The notes under the pieces: model-generated
What the model was told of the DNA's origin: nothing
Database searches by the model: none
Seen by the model: the letters and a program-made list of their open reading frames with translations, nothing else
Translations under genes and position numbers: made by a program
Shown: one piece after another, positions 39,455-50,068 of the stretch
Position numbering within the stretch: the first letter of the stretch is position 1
Layout: every line of letters begins with the position of its first letter
Source: Dehalococcoidia bacterium
GTDB lineage: Bacteria > Chloroflexota > Dehalococcoidia > Bin125
Direction of reading: 5' to 3'
DNA length: 64,000 bases
NCBI GenBank assembly: GCA_963555985.3
Contig: OY820591.1
Span: 1,728,001 to 1,792,000 of the forward strand

Positions 39455-40818
39455 GCGCGCCCTCGCAGATGTTCGAGTACGGCTGCGGGAGCGGCGTCGA
39501 TGTCGCCCGCGCCCATCGTGACGATCAGGTCGTCCGGTTGCGCAGCGGCCGCGGCCACAGCCGCGGTCTCAGCGACTGAGCCTGCGTAGATGGCGCAGGG
39601 CGAGCTGACCAGCGGCGCGAGTTGAGCCGCGGACATGCCGCGATCGGGGTCTTCGCGCGCGGCATAGGTGTCGGCGATGTAGAGCAGGTCGGCGTCGCTG
39701 AAGCAGGTTCTGAACTCTTCCAGCAAGTACTGCGTTCTGGTGTATGTATGGGGCTGGAAGAGGACGACCAGGCGGCGCTCGGGATAGCGGGCTTTCGCGG
39801 CTGCGAGGGCGGAGCGGATCTCGGTCGGGTGATGGGCATAGTCATCGAGGACCAGGACGCCCTCATGCTCACCGACGATCTGAAAGCGGCGCTGCACGCC
39901 GCGGAAATCCGCGATTGCGGCGGCCGACGTAGCCAGGTCGAAACCGGCGAGCTCGGTTGCGGCGAGCGCGGCTGCGGCATTGCGCAGGTTGTAGACGCCC
40001 GGCAGTTGTAGTTGGGAGAGCAGAGTCGCATCCGGCGTTTCAAGGAGGTAGGACTGTCCGGTCTCGTCTTCGGCTTCGATCCGATAGTCGGCGTCGCGAT
40101 CGGCGGCAAAGGTGTAGACGCGCAGATCGGGGCGCTCGCAGGACAGCCGCTCCGCGATCGCCTCTGCGCCGGCTGAGTCAATCCCGACGATCAATGCCCC
40201 GTTCGGGCGCAGAGTGCGTGTGTATTGGAGGAAGGCTTCGGTGAGAGCCGCCTCGCTCCCGTAGTAATCGAGGTGATCGGGTTCGACGTTGGTGAGCACG
40301 GCAACCGCAGGGGCGTAGTGGTGGAAGGCGCGAGCGTACTCGTCTGCTTCGAGCACGAGCCAAGGATCGGTTCCGCGCCTGGCGTGGATGTCGAAGTCGG
40401 CCGCTTCGCCGCCGAGCACGTAGCCCGTGTCTCGCCCAGAGGCGCGCATGGCCTGCGCGATCAGGGCGGTCGTCGTGGTTTTGCCATGCGATCCGCCCAC
40501 GGCAATCACGTCGCGGCGGGAAGCGATCTCCGCCAAGAGTTCGGCGCGTGTCTGACAGGGAATGCCGAGCTCCACAGCGGCCGCGATTTCGGGGTGATCC
40601 GGGGGCACGGCGGCGGTGCGGACGACGCGCGTCGCCGTCGTCACGTGGCTCGCGCGATGACCGATCACGATGCGCGCGCCGCGATCGCGCAGCGGTTGCA
40701 GGATCGGTGCGTCAACGCGGTCGCAGCCGCTCACGACGACGCCGTCGTCCAGCAGGATGTGGGCGAGCGCGGACATATGAATCCCGCCGATGCCGACGAA
40801 GTGGACGTTGATCGTCAT
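39451..40818 (-). CDS. murC: UDP-N-acetylmuramate--L-alanine ligase
   Basis: HFVGIGGIHMS, GSHGKTTTT, EADE, DDYAHHPTE, FQPH. Confidence 0.96.
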   Translation of the reverse strand: MTINVHFVGIGGIHMSALAHILLDDGVVVSGCDRVDAPILQPLRDRGARIVIGHRASHVTTATRVVRTAAVPPDHPEIAAAVELGIPCQTRAELLAEIASRRDVIAVGGSHGKTTTTALIAQAMRASGRDTGYVLGGEAADFDIHARRGTDPWLVLEADEYARAFHHYAPAVAVLTNVEPDHLDYYGSEAALTEAFLQYTRTLRPNGALIVGIDSAGAEAIAERLSCERPDLRVYTFAADRDADYRIEAEDETGQSYLLETPDATLLSQLQLPGVYNLRNAAAALAATELAGFDLATSAAAIADFRGVQRRFQIVGEHEGVLVLDDYAHHPTEIRSALAAAKARYPERRLVVLFQPHTYTRTQYLLEEFRTCFSDADLLYIADTYAAREDPDRGMSAAQLAPLVSSPCAIYAGSVAETAAVAAAAAQPDDLIVTMGAGDIDAAPAAVLEHLRGRA

Positions 40819-41930
40819 CCCGCTGCCCTCGAGTCGTTTGGACGCGCGACATCGAGGATGGTTCGGGCGATGGCGCGGCCTGCGTCAAGCTGCCGCAGTT
40901 TGAGGACCTGTTCGCGCATTGCCGCCAGCCGCTCGCGGTCGGCAAGGAGGGCGGCGGCGCGGGGATAGAGATCGTCTTCAACCCGCTGATCATCAACGAT
41001 CACTGCGGCCCCGGCGTCGGCGAGCGTCTGTGCATTAAAGCGTTGATGACCGCCGGCCTCGCCCAGCGGCACGAGTACGGCGGGAAGTCCAGCGGCCGGA
41101 TACTCGCCCATCACCGAGGCGCCGGCGCGGGAGACAGCCAGATCGCAGGCGGCCATCGCTAGCGGCATTTCGTCGGAGAGATAGGGATAGAGGCGGTAGC
41201 GGCTGCGCAGGGTCGGGGGTAACTGCTCACGTAGCGCGTTGAGGCGTTCGAAGTCGGCTTGGCCCGAGACATGGATCAACTGGGTCGTATCGAGTAGATC
41301 GCGGAGATGCTCGGCGATGCAGTTGTTGATGCGCTGCGCGCCTCGAACCGCTCCGGTGACGAGCAGCGCAGGCCCGCCGTTGAGTTGGAAGTGGGCGCGG
41401 GCCAAAGGGCGATCGAGGTCTCGGAACCCTTCCCGCAGCGGGTATCCGGTGACGACGGCTTTGCCTGATCGATAGCGGCGCGCGGAGCGCTCGTGCGTGA
41501 CACAGATGCGGGTGGCGACGGGAGCCAAGAAGCGAAGCGTCCAGCCCGGCTCAATGTCGGGTTGGAAGAGCACGATCGGCCGCCGCGCGATCCAGGCCGC
41601 GACACCGACCGGCGCGGAGACATAGCCGCCGGTGAGGAAGACGGCGTGCGGCCGGAATTTCAGAATCAAGCCAAGCGCATCCAATGCGCCGGTGGCGGCG
41701 GCTCCAACGGAGATCAGTTGACTGAACGGGTTGCGTCCGCGCAGCGGTCTTGCGGCGATCGAGGAATAGGGGATGCCGATTGAGGCGGCGAGCTCAGACT
41801 CAACCCCGTCGGCGGTACCGGCAAAGCGGAACTCGACGGGTTGGGCGCTGAGTTGGCCGAGGGCGTCGGCTACGGCGAACGCGGGGAAGACATGACCGCC
41901 GGATCCGCCTCCGGAGAGCAAGATGCGCAA
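40815..41930 (-). CDS. murG: Lipid II GlcNAc transferase
   Basis: GGGSGGHVFP, GGYVS, SRAGAS, HQRFNA; TTG start. Confidence 0.95.
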   Translation of the reverse strand: MRILLSGGGSGGHVFPAFAVADALGQLSAQPVEFRFAGTADGVESELAASIGIPYSSIAARPLRGRNPFSQLISVGAAATGALDALGLILKFRPHAVFLTGGYVSAPVGVAAWIARRPIVLFQPDIEPGWTLRFLAPVATRICVTHERSARRYRSGKAVVTGYPLREGFRDLDRPLARAHFQLNGGPALLVTGAVRGAQRINNCIAEHLRDLLDTTQLIHVSGQADFERLNALREQLPPTLRSRYRLYPYLSDEMPLAMAACDLAVSRAGASVMGEYPAAGLPAVLVPLGEAGGHQRFNAQTLADAGAAVIVDDQRVEDDLYPRAAALLADRERLAAMREQVLKLRQLDAGRAIARTILDVARPNDSRAAG

Positions 41931-41961
41931 CGTCAATCCTCCTCTCAAGCGCTTGACGACG

Positions 41962-43335
41962 CTAGGAACCGTCACCGCGACCGCTGTGCAGCGGATCGGC
42001 GCGTTTCGGTTCGGATGGTTTGCCGGGAGCCGCGTCCCGCGTCGGGAGGCTCTCGTCGCCGGTCTCGAACGCGGGGCGGCTGCCCTGACTATGGCGAGAG
42101 ATGTTGACCAGGATGCCGGCCGCGGCCAGCGATGCGATCAGCGCAGACGAGCCGAAACTGATGAACGGCAGCGGGATGCCGGTCAACACGATCGTGCGGG
42201 TGACGCCGGCGACATTGAAGAACGCCTGCACCGCGAACCAGCTGACGATCCCGAACGCGAGCAGGGTGCCGAAACGATCCTGCGCTCGCATTCCTGCGCG
42301 GATGCCTCGAGAGATCAGGACCCCGAAGATCGTCAGTACGATCATCGCCCCGAGCAAACCCGTTTCCTCACCGATGATCGCGAAGACGCCGTCGGTGTGC
42401 GCGGAGGGTACGTAGAAGAACTTCTGGCGTGAGGCGCCGAGTCCGACCCCGGTCAGGCCGCCGGAGCCGAGTGTGGAGACCAAGTTGATGATCTGAAAGC
42501 CCGCATCCTGGGCCATCTCTTCGGCATTGAAGAAGGCGCGGAAGCGGTCGAGTCCGTAGCCAACAACGAAGATGATTCCGAACAGCGTGGCGGAGCCGCC
42601 GAGCACCAGTACGGTCATGTGCCGCAGCGCCGCGCCGGCGAGGAAGAACATGATCACGCCGATGGCCGCAATGGTGGCGAACGTGCCCAGATCGGGTTCA
42701 GCCATCAGGAGGAATCCGACGATGGCGATGATGATCGAGAAGGGGAATAGGCCGAATGGGATTCGCTTGATGTCCTCGCCTTTGGCTACGAGCCAGGCGG
42801 CGACGTAGATGCAGATGGCGAGCTTGGCGAATTCGGACGGCTGAAAGGGCGGCAAGCCGCCTATCTGAATCCAGCGGGTTGCGCCGTTCTGCTCACTGCC
42901 GATGCCCGGCGCGAGCACCAACAACAACAGCGCAATTGCGCCGCCCATGACGATGGGTGAGTAGCGCCGCCAGAAGCGGTAGTCGATTCGTGAGCAGATG
43001 ATGAACGCAACCAGCCCGATCGCGGCCCCGAGCAGTTGGCGAGTTGCGAAGTAGCGGGTATCGCCGTGGAGTTCGAGCGAGATCGCGAAGGAGGAAGAGA
43101 AGACGAAGACGAGGCCGATGAAGGTGAGAACGATCACGGCCCCGATCAATACCCAGTCGGGCGCGGCGGCGGGGCGGCGGATGTGTTCGAAGATTCGGCG
43201 CCCAACCGCGGGGGCGTCCACCGCGACCAGCGGCATTGAGTGGCGCGGGGCCTTCGGAGCGCCGGTCGCTACGCGGCGCAAGCTGGTCTGAGGAGGTTGC
43301 GCCGCGCGTTCGGCGGGACGATGCATCGTTGTCAT
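41962..43335 (-). CDS. ftsW: Peptidoglycan glycosyltransferase FtsW
   Basis: GATRWI, QPSEFAK, EPDLG, AHTDGVF, TGIPLPFISFG. Confidence 0.95.
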   Translation of the reverse strand: MTTMHRPAERAAQPPQTSLRRVATGAPKAPRHSMPLVAVDAPAVGRRIFEHIRRPAAAPDWVLIGAVIVLTFIGLVFVFSSSFAISLELHGDTRYFATRQLLGAAIGLVAFIICSRIDYRFWRRYSPIVMGGAIALLLLVLAPGIGSEQNGATRWIQIGGLPPFQPSEFAKLAICIYVAAWLVAKGEDIKRIPFGLFPFSIIIAIVGFLLMAEPDLGTFATIAAIGVIMFFLAGAALRHMTVLVLGGSATLFGIIFVVGYGLDRFRAFFNAEEMAQDAGFQIINLVSTLGSGGLTGVGLGASRQKFFYVPSAHTDGVFAIIGEETGLLGAMIVLTIFGVLISRGIRAGMRAQDRFGTLLAFGIVSWFAVQAFFNVAGVTRTIVLTGIPLPFISFGSSALIASLAAAGILVNISRHSQGSRPAFETGDESLPTRDAAPGKPSEPKRADPLHSGRGDGS

Positions 43336-44798
43336 GCGCGCTGCTCGCTTTCCCCGCCGGCACAGGACTGCGAGCGCAGGTTGGCGACCAAGGAGCGAAA
43401 GCGATCGCCTCTCGCGGCAAAGTTCGGGTATTGGTCGAATGAGGTACCCGCGGGCGACATCAGCACTGCGTCGCCCGGTTGCGCGCGCTCTGTCGCGAGC
43501 GCCAGAGCTTGATCGAGCGACTCGACGACCGCATCGGGAGCGAGGCCGCGCTCTGTGAGCCAAGCGCCCCAGACCGGCGCCGCTTCACCGAAGATCACGG
43601 TTGCGCGAACGCGGCGGCGGAGTTCATTCACCAGCGGATCGAGCGGGAGGTGCTTGTCGCGACCGCCGAGGAGCAGGACGATCGGTCCTGGGATCGCGCA
43701 CAGGCCGGCGAGCGTGCGCTCCGGCGTGGTGGCGATTGAGTCGTTGATGTAGCGCACATCATTGATCACCGCGACTTGTTCCAGCCGGTGAGGGACGCCC
43801 CTGAACGACCGCAGGGTCTCCGCGACAGCTTCGACCGGGGCGAGTTCAGCAGTGATCGCGATCGCCGCGAGCGCGTTGCGCAGATTGTGTTCGCCGGGGA
43901 TCAGGAGCTCGCTCGCTGCGAGCATGGTTATGTCGCGTCCGTCGCAGCGGAGGTAGAGGCTTGCGCCGTCGCTCCAGGCGAATGTGGTCTCGGAGCCGCC
44001 GTACTGCGCCGGCGGCTCGCCAATGCCGAAGCGGGCGATCCGCGCCGGCGTACAGACAGCCGCCGCAAGCGGTTCGTCGAACGGCAGGACGGCGTGGTCG
44101 TCTGCGGTCTGATAGGCGAAGATGCGTCGCTTGAGATGCTGATACTGCTCCCAGCTGAACTGGTCGAGGTGGTTGGGCGTGACATTGAGCAGCGCCGCGA
44201 TCTGGGGACTGTGCGTGAGTCGGAGCAGCTGCGTATGGCTGATCTCCGCAGTCACGATCGTCTCAGGTCCGAGCCGGGGGAGTTGTTCCAACAGACCTTG
44301 CCCGATGTTCCCGCCGGCGACCGAGGGCAGGCCGGCGTGTTGCAGGATCCGATGTACAAGTGTGGTCGTCGTGGTCTTGCCGGCGCTGCCGGTGATCCCA
44401 ATCAGCGGGGCCTGGCGGCGCGTCTCCCAGCGCGCCAGGGCGAGTTGCATCGGTCCGTAGACAGGAATGCCCCGTTCGGCGGCGGCGCGGAGTAGGGGGT
44501 GATAGTGGGGTACGCCCTGGCTGGCGATCAGGCAGTCGAGACGATTAAGCACACCCAGATCGCCGGTCGAGCTGAGTGGCGCTTCGGGCAATTCGTGTCC
44601 ATGCTCGGCCAGGCTTGAGCGAAGCTCGGATTCGGGCTTGTCGTCGACCAGGGTGATCTGCGCACCCTCGCGTCGGAGCAGGTGCAGCGCATCACGGCCT
44701 TCAATGCCGAGGCCGACCACAGCAACGCGCTGTCCGGCAAAGGTCGCGGGCGCGACTTGCGGCTTGGGCAGCGCGGCAGGGATTTGTGTGCGCGTCAT
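43332..44798 (-). CDS. murD: UDP-MurNAc-L-Ala--D-Glu ligase
   Basis: ITGSAGKTTT, GGNIG, HRLE, NDSIAT, SPAGTSFDQY. Confidence 0.95.
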   Translation of the reverse strand: MTRTQIPAALPKPQVAPATFAGQRVAVVGLGIEGRDALHLLRREGAQITLVDDKPESELRSSLAEHGHELPEAPLSSTGDLGVLNRLDCLIASQGVPHYHPLLRAAAERGIPVYGPMQLALARWETRRQAPLIGITGSAGKTTTTTLVHRILQHAGLPSVAGGNIGQGLLEQLPRLGPETIVTAEISHTQLLRLTHSPQIAALLNVTPNHLDQFSWEQYQHLKRRIFAYQTADDHAVLPFDEPLAAAVCTPARIARFGIGEPPAQYGGSETTFAWSDGASLYLRCDGRDITMLAASELLIPGEHNLRNALAAIAITAELAPVEAVAETLRSFRGVPHRLEQVAVINDVRYINDSIATTPERTLAGLCAIPGPIVLLLGGRDKHLPLDPLVNELRRRVRATVIFGEAAPVWGAWLTERGLAPDAVVESLDQALALATERAQPGDAVLMSPAGTSFDQYPNFAARGDRFRSLVANLRSQSCAGGESEQRA

Positions 44799-45781
44799 GG
44801 TGTTTGCAATGCCAGAGCTACGCCGAGGATCGCGCCGGCGATTCCGATGAGCCAGAAGCGAGTGACGATCTGCGGCTCCGACCAGCCTCCGAGCTCGAAG
44901 TGGTTGTGGAGCGGAGCCATACGGAAGACGCGGCGGCCTTCACCCGCCCTCCTCCGAGTCCACTTGAACCAGCCGACCTGGATCACGTCGGAGGCGCCTT
45001 CAAGCACGAAGACAATCCCGATTACGGGCAGCAGCAGCCAATGACCGGTCATCAGCGCGAGGATCGCCAGCGTTCCTCCCAGCGCCATCGCGCCGGTATC
45101 GCCCATGAAGACCTGCGCCGGGTGAGCGTTGAACCAGAGGAAGCCAAGCAACGCGCCCACGGTCGTGAAGGCAAAGCGGACGATGAAATCCTGCTCCTGT
45201 CCGATCGCGATCACGCCGAAGGCGGCGATCGCGATCGCGCCCGTCCCTCCCGTGAGGGTGTCGAGTCCGTCCGAGACGCCGACCGAGATGATCGTGGCGA
45301 AGACGGTGAGCGCGGCGATCACGATGTAAGCGGGGCCAAGCTCGAACTTGCCCGCCCAGGGCAGATTGAGCGACTGCACATCAAGCGCGAAGTAGAGCAC
45401 GACTCCTACTGCGACCGAGAACGCCAGCAGCAAGGCGAACTTGACCCGCCAGGACAGGCCCTTCTGGACTCGACCGATCAGCGTGCCCATGTCATCGATG
45501 TAGCCGAGCGCGCCGAGCGCGACCGCTCCGATCAGCGGCAGCAGGATGGACCAACGGTCTCCGCCGGCCAGATTGGTGATAATCGTGAGCAGCGCGATCG
45601 GGACGAGAAAGATGATCCCGCCCATGGTCGGCGTTCCCGCTTTGACCAGGTGAGTTTGAGGGCCCTCGTCGGAGATGGACTTTCCGCTGGCGCGAGAGCG
45701 CAACCAGCGCAAGATGAACGGGCCAATGGCCAACGCGACTACAAACGCGATCCCTGCTGTGGCAAGTGAGAAGGTGGTCAT
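44795..45781 (-). CDS. mraY: Phospho-MurNAc-pentapeptide transferase
   Basis: KAGTPTMGG, DGLD, VFMGDTG, MAPLHNHFE. Confidence 0.96.
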   Translation of the reverse strand: MTTFSLATAGIAFVVALAIGPFILRWLRSRASGKSISDEGPQTHLVKAGTPTMGGIIFLVPIALLTIITNLAGGDRWSILLPLIGAVALGALGYIDDMGTLIGRVQKGLSWRVKFALLLAFSVAVGVVLYFALDVQSLNLPWAGKFELGPAYIVIAALTVFATIISVGVSDGLDTLTGGTGAIAIAAFGVIAIGQEQDFIVRFAFTTVGALLGFLWFNAHPAQVFMGDTGAMALGGTLAILALMTGHWLLLPVIGIVFVLEGASDVIQVGWFKWTRRRAGEGRRVFRMAPLHNHFELGGWSEPQIVTRFWLIGIAGAILGVALALQTP

Positions 45782-47175
45782 GCCGGATCGCCGCCGCCGT
45801 CTGCACTGTAACCGGTTAAGTAACTGACCACAGCTTCGAGATGGATGCCGTGGGAGGCTTTGACCAGCACCGTGTCGCTCGGACGCAGCACATGCTGCGC
45901 CAGTTCCGCCGCCTGATCGGGCGTGCGCCGCCATTCGACTTGAGCGAGTCCTGCCTCCCGCGCCGCTTTCGCAAGTTCGCGCGAGCGTTCGCCCACAGCG
46001 ATCAACAAATCGCAACGAGACGCGGCATACTCACCGATCTCGCGGTGCGATGCTCGTTCCTCCGGGCCAAGTTCGAGCATGTCGCCGAGCACCGCGATTC
46101 GGCGCAGCGGCTCGGATGCGAGCAGATCCAGCGCGGCGCGCATTGAGAGCGGCGCAGCGTTGTAGGCGTCGTCGATGATCGTCGCGCCGTTGCCTGCCGC
46201 CCTCTTCCGCAGGCGTGAGCCCGGCTGAAGCCGGCGCAGCGAATTCGCGATCCGGGGCAGGCTCAGACCGGCTCGTAGGCCGACCGCAGCGGCGGCAAGC
46301 GCCGTCCCGGCTTGGTGCGAGCCGATCAACGGCGTCTCGACTTGGACTCGCTCGCCGCTTCGATTGTCCTGAAGCTGGAAGCTGATGCCGTCAAAGCCGC
46401 GAGTCTCAACTTGGATCGCTTGCAGATCCGCATCATCGCCTAGCCCGATCTTGATCACTTCGGCGACAGTGCGATCGCGCATTCGTCGCGTAACGGGATC
46501 GTCCGCGTTGAGGATTGCGAGCCCGCCGGCGGGTAGAGACTCCGGCAACAAACCCTTGATCCGTTCCGTGTCAGCGAGGGTGCCGAAGCGTTCGAGGTGA
46601 GTTGGACCGACATTGGTAACGATGCCAATGTCGGCCGCGGCGGCCGAAACCAGGAATTCCATCTCCGCTTGCGAGTAGGGGCCGATTTCGATCACTGCCC
46701 ACTCGTGCTGGGGACCAATCCCCATCAACGCAATCGGCAGGCCGATATCGCCGTTGTAGTTGCGCGGAGATTGGTGCGTGGGCACGTGCTGCGAAAGTAG
46801 TTGCGCCGTCGCCTCGCGGACAGTGGTCTTGCCCACGCTGCCGGTGATGCCGACGATCCGGGCGCGTTGCTCACGCCGCCAGCGGATCGCCGCATCTTGC
46901 ATTGCCGTGAGCGTGTCGGCAACGACGAAGTTCGTAACGCCCTGGACGGCGGCGTCCGGATCTGAAATCAGCAGATTCGCCGCGCCGCGACGAACGGCGT
47001 CGGCGGTGAACCGGTGGCCGTCATGAGTCTCGCCCGGCAAAGCGACGAAGAGCGCGCCGGGCTTGGCCTCGCGCGAGTCAATCACGATTTCGCTGAGGGG
47101 CGAAGCGGAGGGCGTCTCCGGCTCGCAAGCAAGATGCGGTTGAAGCAGACGCGCGAGGTCTTGCGGGGAGATCAT
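45778..47175 (-). CDS. murF: UDP-MurNAc-tripeptide--D-Ala-D-Ala ligase
   Basis: ITGSVGKTT, DDAYNAAP, LGDMLELG, VKASHG. Confidence 0.95.
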   Translation of the reverse strand: MISPQDLARLLQPHLACEPETPSASPLSEIVIDSREAKPGALFVALPGETHDGHRFTADAVRRGAANLLISDPDAAVQGVTNFVVADTLTAMQDAAIRWRREQRARIVGITGSVGKTTVREATAQLLSQHVPTHQSPRNYNGDIGLPIALMGIGPQHEWAVIEIGPYSQAEMEFLVSAAAADIGIVTNVGPTHLERFGTLADTERIKGLLPESLPAGGLAILNADDPVTRRMRDRTVAEVIKIGLGDDADLQAIQVETRGFDGISFQLQDNRSGERVQVETPLIGSHQAGTALAAAAVGLRAGLSLPRIANSLRRLQPGSRLRKRAAGNGATIIDDAYNAAPLSMRAALDLLASEPLRRIAVLGDMLELGPEERASHREIGEYAASRCDLLIAVGERSRELAKAAREAGLAQVEWRRTPDQAAELAQHVLRPSDTVLVKASHGIHLEAVVSYLTGYSADGGGDPA

Positions 47176-49145
47176 TCGCTCACCTGCGCAGCGCTCGGAT
47201 CGGACTCCGGAGCGTCGTCGCCGGCGGCTTCCGCTCGCTCAGCATCCTCTTCGTCGTTGCTGAGTGTGGGAGCGGCGTCACTCTCACCGGCGGCATCGTC
47301 CGGCTCCGCCTGCGGCCTGGCTTCGGAATCCTCGCTCGCAACTTGATCGCCGTCCGGCTCGTAGCGATCGTCGGGGATGGCTGCATGGTCAGCGCCGGTG
47401 TGCCAATCTTGCGGGCGCGCAATGTATGAGGTTGGGGGCACGCCGAGATACGGCATCGCCGCCTTCACGACCTCGCTGAATACCGGGGCGGCCACGATTC
47501 CGCCGTACAGCTCCCCCTGGGGCCGGTCGATCCGAACCATCACCACCAGCCGCGGGTGTTCGATCGGCGTAAAGCCAACGAAGCTGGCCAGCGATTCGCC
47601 TTCCAGATAGACGCCGGCCTCGGCAACATCGGAAGTCCCCGATTTGCCCGCCACCGTCCAACCGGGCGCTTGCGCCGGATGGCCCAGCACCCCATCCACT
47701 ACCGCCTGCATCATCATCTTCAGCGCATCAGCCGTCTCCTCCGAAATCACACGCTCGCCCACCACCGGCTCAAAGGTCTCCACTCCGTCCTCGGTGATCA
47801 GCGCCCGAACGAGACGCGGACGAATCATCTCTCCGCCCCGTGCGATCGTCGCATACGCCTGCATGATCTGGAACGGAGTGACGCCGATCCCCTGCCCAAA
47901 GGAGTTGGTCGCCATTTGCACCGGACTCCAATGAATGTGGTCCGGAGCAATCATCAGGCCCTCAGTTTCACCCGGCAGTCCCGAATGCGTTTCCGAACCG
48001 AAGCCGAAACGCGCCAGATATTCATAAAAGCGATCCGCGCCCATCAATTGGGTCAACCAGACCGTGCCCGTGTTCAAAGAGCGTTGCAGCAGCTGGATCA
48101 TGGTCTGCTCACCGTGGTAACCGAGGTCGAAATTGCGAATCGTCTGCTCCCCAATCACCACTGCGCCCGTATCGACAAAGGTCGTCCACGGAGTGACCAG
48201 TCCGGTATCGAGCGCCGCCGCCATCGTGACCACCTTGAACACAGAGCCCGGCTCATAGACGTCCGAGGCGGCCGTGCTGCGGAGCAAGCCAAGGTCGATC
48301 TCGGGATCGGAAAGGTCGAATTCGGCTGGGTTATAGGAGGGCAGGGTGGCCACCGCCAGGATGTCGCCGTTGCTCGGATCCATCATGATGATCACGCCGC
48401 CTTGCGCCTGCCGTTCGGCTACCGCCTCGGCGAGGATGTCCTCCGCGATCCGCTGCAAATTGCGATCGATCGTGAGCACCACATCCGCGCCGCGGCGGTA
48501 GGGCAGCTCTTCCCGGTTGCCGAATGGAATCGGCTGACCGAGCCCGTCCCGCTCGTAGACCAGCACCCCCGCTTCACCCGCAAGCGTGCCCTCCAGCGCC
48601 CATTCCAACCCCGCCAGACCTTGCTCATCCCGGCCCACAATGCCAATCACCTGGGCCGCCATCGCTCCTTCCGGGTAGCGCCGCGAACTGGACTTGGTCA
48701 CGTACACGCCGTGCAGCGACTCTGCGTGAATCTGCGCGCCCAGGTCGTTGGATACATAGGCGATCAGGGCGTCTCTCCCACCGCCCTGCGACGCCTGCAC
48801 AGCCAAGCTCAGCACCGTCTCCTCAGGCGCCCGCAGCAGCTCCGCCAAGCGCCTCGAAGCGTCGGTCGATTGGAACTGCGATCGCGACCAGAGCCAAGTA
48901 TCGACATGCACTTCCCACCCGTCCACGGAAGTCACGAGCGGAAATCCGTTGCGATCCAGAATCGCCCCGCGCGGACTTTTGGTCTCGATCATCCAGGTGC
49001 GGTTGGCGAACTCGTCGTGCTGCTCATGCTGCACGACCTGGATTTGGATCAGACGAGCGACGACCACCACGGCAAGCGCGGCGAACACGATGATCACGAG
49101 CCGCATTCGCCAGCCGCTGACCCGCTCGAAGTCCATCCGCGTCAC
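47172..49145 (-). CDS. ftsI: Class B penicillin-binding protein (FtsI-like)
   Basis: PRGAILDRNG, EPGSVFK (SxxK), SLN (SxN), KSG; dcw position. Confidence 0.92.
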   Translation of the reverse strand: MTRMDFERVSGWRMRLVIIVFAALAVVVVARLIQIQVVQHEQHDEFANRTWMIETKSPRGAILDRNGFPLVTSVDGWEVHVDTWLWSRSQFQSTDASRRLAELLRAPEETVLSLAVQASQGGGRDALIAYVSNDLGAQIHAESLHGVYVTKSSSRRYPEGAMAAQVIGIVGRDEQGLAGLEWALEGTLAGEAGVLVYERDGLGQPIPFGNREELPYRRGADVVLTIDRNLQRIAEDILAEAVAERQAQGGVIIMMDPSNGDILAVATLPSYNPAEFDLSDPEIDLGLLRSTAASDVYEPGSVFKVVTMAAALDTGLVTPWTTFVDTGAVVIGEQTIRNFDLGYHGEQTMIQLLQRSLNTGTVWLTQLMGADRFYEYLARFGFGSETHSGLPGETEGLMIAPDHIHWSPVQMATNSFGQGIGVTPFQIMQAYATIARGGEMIRPRLVRALITEDGVETFEPVVGERVISEETADALKMMMQAVVDGVLGHPAQAPGWTVAGKSGTSDVAEAGVYLEGESLASFVGFTPIEHPRLVVMVRIDRPQGELYGGIVAAPVFSEVVKAAMPYLGVPPTSYIARPQDWHTGADHAAIPDDRYEPDGDQVASEDSEARPQAEPDDAAGESDAAPTLSNDEEDAERAEAAGDDAPESDPSAAQVSE

Positions 49146-49194
49146 TCCGTCGTACTGCGTGCTTGTGCGCCAACGCTCCCGGCCGACTCGCGGC

Positions 49195-49701
49195 CTAATC
49201 GAAAATCAAGAGCCCAAGCAGCGCCGACCAGCCGGAAGATTCCGACTGCGGCGCGCGAATGACGGGCTCGTGGTGCGGGAGGAAGCGCGACGGCATGACC
49301 CGCGCCGGCGCGGGATGATCGACGGTGACGATCACGGTCGGATCGGCGCGAACCATATTGAGCCGCGCCTGAGCCTCCTCCGCCACCCGCGTGAGCGAAC
49401 CGAGCTTGCCGACGTGGGTGGCGAGGCTGCGGACTTCCGACTTGAGCCGCTCGCGCTCGGCCTCCAGAGCCAGCAGTTCCGCACCGCTCTCGGCGACGTT
49501 GGAACTTTGGATCACGGGCAAAACCGCCGCGATACAGAGACCGAAGATGGCGATCCAGCCCCAGGCGGGCATCCGTCCGGTGTATCGCGGTCGCGCAGGC
49601 AGGCTGGGTTTCGGCAGATGCGCCCCGACATCAAAGGCCGGGCTCACGCCGCGCGGCAGACCTGGGCTGCGCTGCACGGTCAGACTGCTTCCGATGAGCA
49701 T
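49195..49701 (-). CDS. FtsL-like membrane protein
   Basis: One TM helix plus a coiled coil, between rsmH and ftsI; start uncertain. Confidence 0.6.
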   Translation of the reverse strand: MLIGSSLTVQRSPGLPRGVSPAFDVGAHLPKPSLPARPRYTGRMPAWGWIAIFGLCIAAVLPVIQSSNVAESGAELLALEAERERLKSEVRSLATHVGKLGSLTRVAEEAQARLNMVRADPTVIVTVDHPAPARVMPSRFLPHHEPVIRAPQSESSGWSALLGLLIFD

Positions 49702-49812
49702 CGAAGCGGCGCCGCGAGCAGCATGCGCTCGGAGATTCTCCGGATCACGCATCGCCAGCGCAAGAAGGTCGTAGAGTAGAGATGACGCGCAGAGGGGCCG
49801 GGACGCAGAGTC

Positions 49813-49985
49813 GTTCGCAGGCCGTTGAGCAGTTCGCGCGTGCAGACAAGGGGATATGGCCCGCGAACATCCCAGCCTAGGGCCAGGCGTGATCGCAGTC
49901 CGAGGTGGTGGCGGCGGGGCTTCTCCTTAACTTCAGTGGTTTGCAGGGGATCCCCTGCGCGCGAACTGCTCAACGGCCTGTGAAC
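49813..49985. repeat. ~170 bp element with 23-bp perfect terminal inverted repeats (MITE-like or structured RNA)
   Basis: CAGGCCGTTGAGCAGTTCGCGCG at 49818-49840 and its reverse complement at 49958-49980. Confidence 0.75.
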
Positions 49986-50068
49986 ATCTTTCAACCGGCG
50001 GCCGCGGCCGGCTCGGTGCCCCGGATGGGCGCATCGCTGGGTGGACTGGGCGGCGAAGCAAGGCATGA

